DNA from: Anolis carolinensis
Taxonomy: Eukaryota
DNA: 64,000 nt
Assembly (NCBI RefSeq): GCF_035594765.1
Contig: NC_085846.1
Coordinates: 9,969,190 to 10,033,189 of the forward strand
Direction of reading: 5' to 3'
The notes under the pieces were generated by a model. The model was not told the DNA's origin and ran no database searches. It was given only the letters and a program-made list of their open reading frames with translations. A program made the position numbers and the translations under genes. Within the stretch, counting starts at the first letter, position 1; every line of letters begins with the position of its first letter. Of the stretch, positions 36,801 to 49,300 are shown in pieces.

Positions 36801-39800
36801 TATATCTGCTTTTCCTTGCTGCCTTTCTGTATTCTTTCCCAGGCCTGTTGGGTGCTGTTTCTGAGTTAAAGCATTTAAACAACACCCATAGAACATAGCT
36901 CCGTTTGACTTTCCGTTTTTTGGGTAATTTTTCAAAAATGTATTGTATGTAAATTACAAACAGAACGTAGAAATCAAATACAAATAGTATAACAAAAACT
37001 GTACAATTATAACATCCTAACAAACCCTTTCCCTCCTTCCCCATACCTGTGAACCCATCACCTATGACTTCCGACACTACTCACTATCTTTTTTTTGCAA
37101 GTACTTTTTATTGATATTTCTTTCAACACGAGGTACACAGACAAACAAGAATTAACTATAGGGGTAGGGGTGGGGTTTGTGGTGACACATACACAGATTG
37201 GGGTAAGGGTGCAATCGGGAAAAAAGGGGGGGGGATGTGGGACATAAAAAAAAGGGGTAGGGGGGTTGGGCAGAGGGGGGATGGGGAGGTGATATTTCGA
37301 CTTCCAATTATGCTCACTAAGTCCATTACTTCAGTCCTTAATTCTTTTGTAGTTTTCTCTTTAAGTATTCCTCAAAATTAGACCAGTCAGTAGCCTTTAG
37401 TGGGGTGCCATTATTTCTTTTGATCCAGAAGGATAGTTGGTCCATATTCTTGATTTCCATCACTTTTTCCAGCCACTGTTCTTTTGACGGTACTTGCGTT
37501 GACTTCCAGAGTCTTGCAATCAGGAGCCTTGCTGCGGTGATGAAAAAGGTGAAAAGTTTATCGGTATTAGTGTCAATTCTGTCCTCGGGGTCATATAAAC
37601 CTAGCAAAAGTAGTTCCGGCCTTTTCACAAATTTCGTCTTTAATATGTCATTACTCTCTTCCAGGATTGTAGTCCAAAAATTATCTAGTTTCCTACACTT
37701 CCACCACATGTGGAAATAGGATCCTATTTGGGCTTTACACCTCCAGCATTTATTATTTGCGTCCTTATACATATGCCCTATTTTCTTAGGTGTTAAGTAC
37801 CATCTATGAATAAGCTTAAGCCAATTTTCTTTCATATCTACTGAGTACGTATATTTTATTTTTTTATTCCAAATCGACTCCCATTCGCACAATTGAATGG
37901 GTCTGTTTATGTTCCTGGCCCATAATATCATAGAATTAGTTATTAAATCTGTTTCAATTTCCCAGGACAGTAGTTTATTATACAGTATGGATATATTCTT
38001 CCTCTCCACGTGGATAAGTTTATCCCAAAAACCTTGTTCTTGATCAAATCCGACTATTTTGTCTCTTTTATATGCCTCATTAATTTGGAAAAATTGGTAC
38101 CAGGACACATTTTTGTTCAGTTTTTGTATTTCAGCTAATTCTTTTACTTTGGGGGGGTTGGATTTATCCTTTGCCATAATTAACAATTGGCTATAGGTCG
38201 GCCAAATCCGCCAACCTAATAGCCTTCTATGATCAGCTTCAATCGGGGATAGCCATAGTGGTGTTTTAGTGTAGAAGCGGGGTTTATATTTTTCCCATGT
38301 TCTCAATAAAACAGATCTAATAAAGTGGTTGCCAAATTGTTTGTCAATTTTCATTTTACCATACCATAAATATCCATGCCAACCTTTCTTTAATTCATGG
38401 CCTTCCAAATTCAAAATTTTATTTTTTCCCAATTTGATCCACTCTTTTATCCAAAGAAGAGCACTAGCATCATGGTAAAGTTTTAGATTCGGGAGGCCAA
38501 AACCTCCCTGCGTTTTCGGTGCAATCATTGTGCTAAATTTGATCCTGGGTTTTTTGCCTCTCCAAATAAATTTTGTAATGTCTTTTTGCCAATCTTTGAA
38601 TATCTTGGGACTCCTTATAATTGGTAGGTTTTGGAATAGGTAAAGTAACTTTGGCAGGACATTCATCTTAATTATTGCTATTCTTCCCATTAGAGAGACA
38701 TTTAGATTTTTCCATTTTTCCAGATCCCTTCGAATTTCTTTCCATTTCTCAATGTAATTTAAATCTAATAATTGATTATTTTTCGCTGATAGCCAGATCC
38801 CTAAGTATTTTAATTTGGACACTGTTTTTAACCCTGAGATATCGTATAGCTCTTTCTGTTTCTTTTTTGACATATTTTTGGTAAGGATCATTGTTTTCTT
38901 TGTGTTGATTCTAAGGCCGGCCACCTTTCCATAATCTTCAATTTTCGAAAGCCAATTTTTAATATTCTGGATTGGATTTTCTATAATGCATATCACGTCG
39001 TCTGCGAACGCCCGATACTTATAATCTTGTTTGTCAACTTTAGGGCCTTGCAAGTTCGAATCGTTTCTAATTACCCTGAGCAGGGTTTCTAATGCCATAA
39101 TGAATATTAAGGGTGAGAGGGGGCAGCCTTGTCTCGTACCTTTGTTTATTTCGAATTTTTTTGTCTCCTGGCCATTAATTTGTATTTTTGCCCATTGTTC
39201 CTCATAAATACTGTTGATGCCATTTTGAATTTGAAATCCTAGGTCCAATTCTCGAAATAACAATTTGAAAAAATTCCAATTTAAGTTATCGAAAGCTTTC
39301 TCTGCGTCCAAGGAGAGAAGGCCCACTTCTGTTTGATTATGTTGTTCATAGTATTCCAAAACATCAATTATTATTCTTACATTGTCCTTAATCGATCTAG
39401 CTGGGAGAAAGCCCGTTTGGTCTTCTCCTATCCACTCTGCAAGGAAGTCCTTCAGCCTATTCGCCAGGATCTTTGTGAAAATTTTATAATCTGTATTTAG
39501 GAGGGAGATGGGTCTGTAGTTTTTCACATCCGACATATCTAAACCCTCTTTGGGTATCACCACTATCGTTGCCTCCTTCCAAGAATCTGGTATAACTTTG
39601 CTTTGGAGGGCCTGATTCATTAATTTTTTCAGGAAGGAGGTCACTTCTTTTAATCCTAATTTATAAAAGCCCGCAATAAATCCATCCGGCCCCGGGGTTT
39701 TATTACTGTCTACATTGTTGATTACTTTAAGAATTTCCTCCTCTGTGATTTCTTTATTGAGTTCGCATCTTTGCTCTTCTGTGATTTTATCCAATTGTAA

Positions 39801-42800
39801 TTTACCTAGGAACTCTGTTATGGCCTCGGGATTGATATTATCTTTAGAGTATAGGTTCTCGTAATATGTTTGAAATACTTCTTTTATTTCCTCATCTAAA
39901 TTTACTATTTTGCCTTCGGTTCTGATTTTAATAATTTGTCTGCTCTGTTTCTTCTTCCTTATTAAACGTGATAACCATTTCCCCGGTTTGTTTGCATTTT
40001 CAAAAGCGTATTGTTTAACCCATTTAATTTGTTTTGCCAATTTCTCTAAGTCTCTACTCTCTTTCATTTTATTTAATAGATCTAGATTTCTTTTTATCTT
40101 TTTGTTTTTGGGGTTGGCTTTTAAGTCCTTTTCCTTCATCTCAATCTCCTTATTTAAACTATTCCATTCTGCTTCTTTTTGTTTTCGTTTAGTAGCATTT
40201 AATTGGATTAAGAATCCTCTCGCCACTGCTTTATAAGCGTCCCATACAATTTGTGGGTTCTTATACCTATCTTATATCTATTAAAACTTATATCTCTTTT
40301 AATAAATTCCCCTTGGGGTTACTTTAAAGTCTACATTTGTCTTCCTTTCCAAATAACTAAATGTCAGTATCCATTTTTAGCAAATTCCTCCATTTGCTTT
40401 TCCTACAGCTCTGGTGACCATGCACTAATGAGTGAGCATTAGTTCTCCAAAGGGCTCAGCAGCTCTGCTAAGGCATTATTGTATTAATTCTCTCTCTGCA
40501 CCCTCAGAACTAATCACCACCCAAGGGAGGTGTACTGTTAACAACTTTCTCCCACTGAATATGAGGTCTTATACTTGAAGGGTTTTGTAAATAGGAAGCA
40601 ATTGTGTTCTCCAGTGATGGCTGAAACTGTTGTATGTATGAAAGGGATTGTGGAGGAAAATCCTGAGTCAAAATATGTTCCATTATCATTTTAATTCCGC
40701 TTTCATGGGTACCCCCAGCCAAGTAAGAAGATCTCAGTTTTTCCAGAAAGGTGAAAGTCTTGTACCTCCCATTACCTTGGCCTCCACTTATCTCTGGCAG
40801 CTAATCCCAGCTTCATAAAACTTGTCAAAACTAGGGCGGTGTCCTCATCCTATCAATCTTCTTATCTGCCTGCTTTATGGACTGCCAAGTGATGGACTCT
40901 TGGATCTTGGAGTGTGTGGAGACAACAGTTCAGATAAGGAGGAGCTTTGGGAGGAGGGAAGCCCAAGGCAGAGAATGCTGAGTGTGTTTTCTTTTTGGTT
41001 CCATTTTGCTCTCAAAGGAGTGTGTCTGGTGATATGCAGCCAGGAGAGTAAGGGTGCAAGGAAAGGCAACAAGCAAGCAACCTATGTTGGTGGCATGTAT
41101 CTTTGCATGGTGCAGCAGGTAAACATAAGGCTTGCAGGGAAGATAATCCAGTTTCAAATTCTGCCCAGCTGAAAATGTATAGGAGGTTTAAGATCTACTG
41201 GAGGAGCCCTCCTTTGTGTCCTCTCGGTCTGAGCAATACGCCTTGTGGGGACATGGGAGAGGGCCTTTTTGCTATGGGGCCCCAGTTATGGAACATACTG
41301 TCTTTGCAGGCCCAGGCTGCACTACCAAATAATGCCATTTCAGAACGCAGTTTAACTGCATTGGATTATATGAGTCTACACTGCCATATAATCCACTTCA
41401 GTGCAGTTGAACTGCATTATATGGAGGTGTAGATCCAGCCCCAGTTAGCATGCCAACATTGCTGCTGTTTAGGTGCCAGGTGAAAGCATGGATGTTCATG
41501 AAAACTTTTGGGGCCTGGGTTTTATTTAAAAAAAGAAGCCTCATGTGCAAGTGGTTTTTATTCATTTAAAATATTTAAACCTTTTTTATTTGTTTGGTTT
41601 ATTGTTTAAATAAATTTTAGCTTTTCAAAATTAATATTCTCCTGTTTCAAATTTGTTGTTATTTTGTACTGCCCTGAGATCTCAAAATGAAGGGTGGGAG
41701 ATAGCTAGCTAGCTAGCTAAGTAGATGGATGGGAGTGACCATGAACTTGTAACTACTCCTCAGTGAGTACCAACTGCTTTTATGCAGACAACCAGCTATG
41801 TCCCAACTACTCCCATACTCTTGTTATTCTCTTATGTAGTTCAGGTTTCTGTCTTAAGCAAGAAGGAAGGATTGGAGTGCTTAGTGTACAGATAACTGTT
41901 TCTCAGAACGAGAGACTTGGGTTTATTAGTTAAGAGCATGCTACTCATTTGCTCGAAAGCTGTCTCTACCATTCATGAAATCTATTGCACCAAGGGTCCT
42001 CTTAGCATGGGTGTGGAGAACCCCATTCAGTCCAAAAGTCAAATGCAGTTTCAGAGAAGTTTGTTGAAGCATTGCAGTGGTGGGTGGCACCAAAGGCTAA
42101 AGAACAAGATAAAGAATGCCAGCATATTTTATTTTACAATCATTTCTTCCACTGTAATTGAGCTTTATTTTGTCTTTTTGGAATTGTGAAACACCCGTAT
42201 AGCAAATCTGAAAATTCTCAAATTATGCGGCCATGTGAGAAACTTCCCAAGATTTGAGATTTTCTACTCCTCTGCTAGCAAACCAATTCAGACTCATTGT
42301 TCTGCCATTGGGAACCTCTCAGATGAAGCCGTTGGTTCTAGTATGTACCTATGAACTGGTTGAAAGATTTCAATGTTCACATCATATCCTACATTGCTGT
42401 TTGTCCTGTCTGACAGTTTCATTGAGTATTCCAGACAAATGAAACCATAACTGTTTGACAAATGAACCCATAGCTCTTCCCCCTATTGTTCTTTGGACTC
42501 TCAAGGACTCCTTGCTATGTTTCTTCCCGTTCCTTATCAGATAAACATCTCTATACTTAATTCACTTCTTTTTCCTTTTGGAAGCTGGGAAACCTTCACT
42601 TGTTTTCCACGTTTCTCTTTTAAGGAGTTGTCTGCATCCCAGGTGTATAACCGAAACCATGCCTGACCTGACTTCATACATGACTGCATTTTATTCTCTG
42701 TTTTTTGGCAGGAGTATGAGAAAGCATTGAAGTACATCCGGGGCCTGCTGAAGACAGAGCCGGGCAACACACAGGCCTTAGAATTGGAGAAACTTATTAA

Positions 42801-44023
42801 CAAAGCCATGCAGAAAGGTTAGAAGACGGGAGAAGGGTGACAATGACTGCTTATTTTATACATCTAAATCCTGGCTTCCACCAATTTGCGTTTCTTATTC
42901 ATTTTGACTAACTCTCTTGACATTTCCAATTCATTTAAATTGTTTTGCATTTATTAGATGAATTAAGGTAAAATAAGGATCCTATGGGATGAGGTAGGAG
43001 AATGGAAAATTGGAAGGGACCGGCGATTGGCTGAGTTTTTTTTTTAATGTACTCAGCCTATCACTTGTCACTTCCAACATTCCACTGGATCCTTGTTTGG
43101 CAGAAATATTAAAAATTAACTAGGTATTTTTAATTACAAAAATGTGAGTAAAGCACTGAAGGGGTTAAATAAGCTAGTGTTGCCCTAAGGAGAGTGAGTA
43201 GGCTGAAGCCGATTAGTGTTAGTGGGCCAAAGCTAGTGTTGTCCTGAGGAATGTGAGAAAGCATCAGTGTGAGAAGCTTCAGTGAGTGAAGCTTTAATGT
43301 GAAGGCTGTTTGTAAATCTACTGTGTGAAGCCCCTGCGTAAGTTCGTTGTGGGAGGAGGCTTTGTGAGAGCAAAGCTGTTTATCTGCATGAGAAAGAAGC
43401 CCAGCGTGGAAGCAAAAAAGGAAGCAAAAAGAAATTTATTTATAAATAAACTTTATTTATTTATGGAAACCTTGTTCTTGTAAATAGTGCTACCACATTA
43501 TTTTGCTGTAAAGAAAAGCCTCCTAAGGAAGAGATAACATTGGTATGTGTGTTTTTGTTCTTTTTATCACTTTTGCCTACTGGTGCTGGGTCACGCTGTT
43601 GCTAATAAGTTACTCTACTATACGTTTATGGAGAGGGTCTTTTGTTAATAAGCCCAATCGCCCAACATATTTTTCCTTAAATTGGCTAATAAATGCAACA
43701 ACATTTTATAGCTACTTTCAGATTATCACCTCTTCTCATGTAAAGTAGGGAAGGGGTGTGGGGTGTGGGAGAGCTATTCACATGGAAACTGGACTTGATA
43801 TGTTTCCAATGTGTGGACTTAGCTTTGTCTTCCCGTCCTCTTCACAGGCCTTAGTCCAAAGATCCTTTAACCCTATCAATCCTTAACCAGTGATCAATGA
43901 TTAGTATTTTTTGTTCTTTCCACAGATGGCTTGGTTGGCATGGCGATCGTTGGCGGCATGGCCCTGGGGGCAGCCGGGCTGGCCGGCCTCATCGGCTTGG
44001 CCATCGCCAAAGCAAAACCGTAA
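23820..44023 (+). CDS. FIS1: Mitochondrial fission 1 protein (152 aa, 5 exons)
   Basis: Exons 23820-23864 (MESVLSEVVALEDLQ), 34772-34904 (KFEKKY..FEYAWCLIRSKY..GIVLLE), 36492-36568 (DLLPKGTKEEQRDYVFYLAVANYRLK), 42712-42817 (EYEKALKYIRGLLKTEPGNTQA..), 43926-44023 (DGLVGMAIVGGMALGAAGLAGLIGLAIAKAKP*). 459 nt total, GT-AG, TPR plus C-terminal TM anchor. Confidence 0.98.
24226..24548. mobile_element. Tc1/mariner (pogo/Tigger-like) MITE; further copies at ~24594-24898, 25315-25637, 26415-26738, 51575-51893, 52942-53264, 54818-56192
   Basis: TIR CAGTAGAGTCTCACTTATCCAA with TA target duplications; conserved ~320-bp body. Confidence 0.88.
25703..27093 (+). mobile_element. Non-autonomous Helitron
   Basis: A|TC 5' end, GC-rich subterminal GCAATGCGTGGCCGGGCACAG followed by CTAG|T 3' end, no TSD. 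Ends shared with the copy at 55235-55836. Confidence 0.85.
29738..30134. mobile_element. Tc1/mariner-superfamily MITE (CCGTATATACTCGAGTATAAGCC TIR)
   Basis: ~23-bp TIRs flanked by TA. Confidence 0.85.
31364..31498. mobile_element. hAT MITE (CAGTGGTTCTCAACC TIR); copies at ~10688-10821, 22910-23060, 54189-54308
   Basis: Palindromic 135-bp element with 8-bp TSD ATCTAGAC. Confidence 0.88.
34772..34904 (+). CDS. FIS1: FIS1 exon 2
   Basis: 133 nt, FEYAWCLIRS. Confidence 0.97.
36492..36568 (+). CDS. FIS1: FIS1 exon 3
   Basis: 77 nt, EEQRDYVFYLAV. Confidence 0.97.
37088..40260 (-). mobile_element. 5'-truncated L1-clade LINE with an uninterrupted ORF2 remainder (RT plus Cys-rich domain)
   Basis: ORF 37338-40226 extends upstream as IVWDAYKAVARG. 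Contains PGPDG, NYRPISLLN.DYKI, DAEKAFD, GTRQGCPLSPL, FADD, KYLG and CWRC..H.WW.C. No endonuclease. 3' UTR and poly(A) (T-run at 37088). Antisense in FIS1 intron 3. Confidence 0.95.
42712..42817 (+). CDS. FIS1: FIS1 exon 4
   Basis: 106 nt, EYEKALKY. Confidence 0.97.
43926..44023 (+). CDS. FIS1: FIS1 exon 5 (TM anchor)
   Basis: 98 nt to TAA. Confidence 0.97.
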
Positions 44024-45086
44024 CAGGCTTGGTTTGGGCGGGCCAAGGAAGGGTGCCTCCCTCTCATTTGACACAGCTCAGCCTGGCGGATGATGGTCTG
44101 GCCCCTTCGGAGAAGCTGTGGGGTGATTAAAAACGCTCGCTCAAAAGATGCTAACCTGACTGACTCCTGGACTCTTGTTCTCCTCGTGCCTGGTTGGCTG
44201 CCATGTTCAATGGTCAAAGTGGCAGTTTGGCTCTGATTGCCCCATCGAAGATTGACCAGTAGCAATATGAGTGTTTGTATGTACGATGTGATGGTGTTGA
44301 GGTTGCCTTTGGATCTTAGAACACAAGTTTCCTGTCCAGTAGCCAAAGTTTGAATCCACAACCTGTCCTTTGATTACTCTACCTTAGCACATGAATTCTC
44401 CTCATCATTGCCTCCATTTATCCTTCCTTGTTCTTGTCACTTGAGACTAAACTGTTGGGAAGTAGAGACATTTGGAGAAGATTAAAACAAGGTTGGTCTT
44501 TTCTGAGAAGCCAAGATCCACCTGGTCTTAAAAGAAGATCTTGAGAAAGCCAAGTTTCCCCCCTAGATTATGGTTTTTCCTTTTCTGGTAAATGCACTTT
44601 CTCCACACGCACACAGATGTGGCCCCTTTCTCTCACCCCTCTGCCCCAACTGACTGCCACATGCTAGGGAAAAAGCACGTGTTATGGTAACATTTGTACA
44701 CAGTCACAACCCTCTTAAGCTCCATTGGTCTTTTAGAGTCTTCTTTCTTGCATCTCACTATGCAACCTTTTATTTTGGCCATTCCACCCTTTTCTTTACA
44801 AAAAATTTGGTGGTGCTGGAAGAACAAAAGGGATGTCGACACAAGAATTGGTTGCATCTGCCTCGTCTTAACAATGGACATTTTGGAAGCGTGATAGAAG
44901 GACCAGAAGTTGAAGCTGCCTTATATACTGTTTTTCATCTGTTTCTGAGCTGATGCTACAGGGTTGCCGTGGATGCTCACAATATCAGAAGCACTACTTT
45001 CCTGCTCTCTCGTAATTTCTCTACTGCTCTAATAGGTGCTTTAATATTTTTCCTTTAGCCTCTGGCTGGTATGAGGCAGGAATGTG

Positions 45087-45092
45087 AATAAA
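45087..45092 (+). terminator. Candidate FIS1 polyadenylation signal
   Basis: AATAAA about 1.06 kb after the stop; an alternative AATAAA lies at 45445. Confidence 0.5.
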
Positions 45093-46139
45093 CATAGATG
45101 TACCACAGAGCATCCTTGTCAGTCCTGATTTCTTCATGTTGTGTGCCTTCAAATCCTTTCTGGCTTATGGGGACTCTTATCATGGGGTTTTCTAGAGCTG
45201 AGAGTGTCACCCAGGATCACCCAGTGAGTTTTTGAACTGAGACTGAATGGCCATATGTTGGGAATGCTTTGATTGTTTCTTTCTGCATGGCCAAATGGCG
45301 TTGGACTGGATGGCCTTGGGGTCTCTTCCAACTATTATTCTAACCCCTGCATTTCAGATTGTTGCAACCAAGTCAACATGTTTAGGTTGTCAGCTGCAGG
45401 TAATGTTTTCTTTCCTTGGCCATTTGCCAGGATCTTTCTCCAATAATAAACATCTGATAGCTTTCCTTGAACTCTGGATCCTTGGCAATAGCTTAGCCCT
45501 TAATTGGAATCAGATAACGGATGCCAAGTCTGGCATAAAACCAAAGCCGATCTCCCAGGAATGGAAAGATAGCTGGTTTCGCAAGGCAGGGGTGGTGCTG
45601 GAGCTGTTGAGGCCAGGAAATTCTGGATGTTACTACGGGTGAACACACCCATTGGCATCTTAATCACCCCCCTCTCGGCCCAGCGAGTATCGAGGTCCTT
45701 GAAGCAGCCTTTGGACTGAAATGGCCCACTTGTTTTCGCTCTGTCTCTACTCCAGCTCCCTCCACAGAGTTGCTGAGCCAGTGCAAAGCAAGCAGTTCCT
45801 GGTTCAGGAGGGACTTTCCCCCCTTTCTGGAATTGACGCGAGTTTGGAACAAACCCCCAACTCTGCTTTGCATCAGTAACTGTACATTTTGTCTCATACT
45901 TCCTTTACTGAGGCTGGATCTACATTACCAAATAATACCAAATCCAGGCTAAGGCTCAAGAACTTTGAAAAATCTGGATTTTTATTTTTGGCTATTTAGT
46001 ATACACAAAACTTTGCTTCAAACATTTCTGACATTTCCAATTTTCAGGGTGAGGAAGGCTAGTAAACGGCAACATGGGCAAAGATGTTATACTTAGGTGT
46101 TACTCATCCATATCAGTCTGCTCAGGTTTCTCAGAACCA

Positions 46140-46373
46140 CAGGGTGGTTGTATGTGCTGTCTGGCCATGTTCCAGAAGTATTCTCTCCCGACGTTTCGCC
46201 CACATCTATGGCAGGCATCCTCAGAGGTTGTGAGGTACCTCACAACCTCTGAGGATGCCTGCCATAGATGTGGGCGAAACGTCAGGAGAGAATACTTCTG
46301 GAACATGACCATATTGCCCGGAAAACATACAACCACCCTGTGATTCCGGCCATGAAAGCCTTCGACAACACAT
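46140..46373. mobile_element. Penelope-like element remnant in inverted (palindromic) arrangement; related copies at ~27821-27960, 29001-29218, 48525-49000, 53400-53815
   Basis: Arms CATGTTCCAGAAG..CTCCTGACGTTTCGCCCACATCTATGGCAGGCATCCTCAGAGGTTGTGAGG in inverted repeat, with a one-sided TGATTCCGGCCATGAAAGCCTTCGACAACACA tail. Confidence 0.75.
46246..46286 (+). ncRNA. Minimal hammerhead ribozyme core (candidate)
   Basis: CCT-CUGAGGA-stem II (UGCCUGC/GUGGGC)-GAAAC-GUC-AGG. Confidence 0.6.
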
Positions 46374-49300
46374 TTCTCAGAACCTTTACTTTGAGCAGAG
46401 CTAACGAAAAGTTACCTTATTTTGGCTGTGATCAATGATAAATTACTTCTGATAAGGGAGCTGTGGTGGTGCGATGGGTTAAATCCTTGTGCCTGCTGAC
46501 CTGAAGACCTGAAGGTTGGGGGTCGAGATGGGGTGAGTTCCTGTCTGTCAGCCCCAGCTTCGCATGCAGGGACATGAGAGAAGCCTCCCACAGGATGGTA
46601 ACACACCCTGGCGTCCCCTGGGCAACGTCCTTGCAGATGCCCAATTTTCTTGCACCAGAAGCAACTTGCAGTATATTCTCAATTCGCTTCTGACCCGATT
46701 AAAAAATTACCTCTGATTTTCAGCAAATGATGGATATGGCTACTACCTTTGGCCCTCTTAATCCATGGATTCTCTATTCATGGATTTCTTGATTCTGACA
46801 TTTTATATAAGTGATACCATTTTACTACACCATTGTATATAATGAAACTTGAGTATCCATGGATTTTGGTATCAACTAGTGTATGCGTCCTGGATCCAAA
46901 CCTCTGTAGGTAACAATAGCCAGTTGTATTTAACTTGAAAGATGTTACCAAATGCATTTGACGCGCCCTTCCAAAAATTCATACTGGTGAATGTTTTATC
47001 AAGAATATGACTAATTTAGTTTCCACTCATTTCACATCATAGTATCCAAGTATGACTAATTCTGACCCAATTTGTGGTCAGGAAGTATATACAACCTGGG
47101 CCCCAAAAAAAACCCCTCAAGCTTCAGTGAATTACACAATTTGGAAACCCACATGTCAAACTGAGATAAGATATACATAAATCTTGTTTTTGTAAACCAT
47201 CATGTGCGGTCTCCACTAGGTCACCATTAATTTTCCCCAGCAAACAATTGATAGCTCAGTTAAAACCTTTGCCTGTTCATGTTTTTTAAAAATGCAGAGA
47301 CTCTCCTGTACGGAGCTTTGTATGCAGAGTATTCTATGTGGATCACCCAACATAATAAACCAGATCTCCATTATGGTTGTATGTATGCCTTCAAAAAATT
47401 TGGATTTCTGGCTATCTTTAAGGTGAACCTATTGGTGGTGCAGTGGATTAGACTGCTGAGCTGCTGAACTTGCTGACTGAAAGATTGGCCGTTTGAATCC
47501 GGGGAGCGGGGTGAGCTCTCGCTATTAGCTCTAGCTTCTGCCAACCTAGCAGTTTGAAACATGCAAATGTGAGTAGATTAATAGATACTGCTCCGGTGGG
47601 AAGGTAACACTGCTCCATGCAGTCATGCTGGCCACATGGTCTTGGAGGCATCTACAGACAACACCGGCTCTTTGGCTTAGAAATGGAGATGAGCATCAAC
47701 CCCCAGAGTTGGACATGACTAGACTTAATGTCAAGAGAAATCCTTTACTTTTACCTGTCGCTGGATTTACTTGGTATGATTTGTTCGGAGGGGGTTTTCC
47801 AAGTACTCGAAGATACACAACAGTGGCAAATTGGCCTTGATCTTCTTATCCGTGCTCTATGTTTAAAGATGTCATCTTCTAACCACTTTTCTTCTTTGAC
47901 AGCGGTTCAACAAAGTAAGACATTAAAAGCCCTCTTGGTTTACAGAGATGGGCTTGTGTCATCTTTCTCCCATGGATTACCGGAATAAAGGCCAACTTTG
48001 TTCGCCTTCATTTAATAACAAATCTAATTGATACAGTCTTCCTCCTTTCATAAATCTGTCACCGAGTTGGTATTCGGCCACTTCATCTACACAAATGTAT
48101 TGCCCAGAAAAGACTGTCTGCCAAGAAGGAAATGTCTGATCTCAACCTTCCTTATGAATGAAACCTACAAAGGATTTTGAAGTTAGTGTTGTCTCTCTCT
48201 CTCCCCCCACTCCTTTACTTTTAAACTCACACTGCCATATAAAATCCAGATTATTTGCTTTGCACTGAATTATATGACAGTGTAAATTAATATTATCCAG
48301 TTCTGAGAAGATAATGTGGATTATCTGCTTTGATTTATGGCAGTGTAGAAGGGGCCTAAGATCCATTAGGCTGACATGAAACATTTGATGAAGATTGTTT
48401 TAATAGCAAACTAGTTGCTATTTTCTAAACAATGAATCAATACATTTGATTCTGCTTGGACCCTTATTGAAGCTGCGGCTACGATAAGCAATCAGAGTGA
48501 TGGATTCCTTAAACTACATTTATATCGAGTTGCTTTGACTTTTCTGGGCTGTATGGTCATGTTCAAGAAGCATTCTCTCCTGACATTACGCCCACATCTA
48601 TGGCAGCCATCCTCAGAGGTTGTGAGGTCTGTTAGAAACTAGGCAAGTGGGGTTTATATATCTGTAGAATAATGTTCAGGGTGGGAGAAAGAACTGTTGT
48701 CTGAGGCAAGTGTGAATGTTGCAATTGGCTATCTTGATTAGCATTGAACGGCCTTGCAGCTTCAAAACCTGGCTGCTTCCTGCTTGGGAACACTTGACTC
48801 AAACAGACGAGACTTCTTTCTCCCACCCTGGACATTCCAAAGATCTATAAACCCCACTTTCCTCATTTCCAACAGACCTCACAACCTCTGAGGATGCTTG
48901 CCATAGATGTGGGCGAAACGTCAGGAGAGAATGCTTCTGGAAAATGGCCATACAGCCTGGAAAACTCAGCAACTCAATGATCCCAGCCTTCGACAATACA
49001 TTTATATTGTTGCTTTTGCAACTCCATGAGAGTCAGTCGTCATTCTTATTCTCCAATCCTCACAGTGCAGTAATAGTGCTATGATTCCACTTTAACTGTT
49101 ACGGGTCTCTCCTATGAAATCCTGGGATCCCTGGTTTTGGGAAAGAGCTTGAAAGTATTCAGCATGGCAGTCCTCACCAAACAACAAACCTTAGGATCCC
49201 ATACAAGGAAACCATGGCACTTAATGTGGAATAATAGCACTACAATTGTTCAGGGTGAACAAGTACCAGAGCTTGTTGCATGATATCTCTTTCAGATCAT

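Noticed and set aside
37338-40226. Domesticated RT gene or autonomous L1
   Set aside because: No endonuclease, ORF1 or promoter; the frame runs up to the truncation point and the element has a poly(A) tail, as expected for a dead-on-arrival copy.
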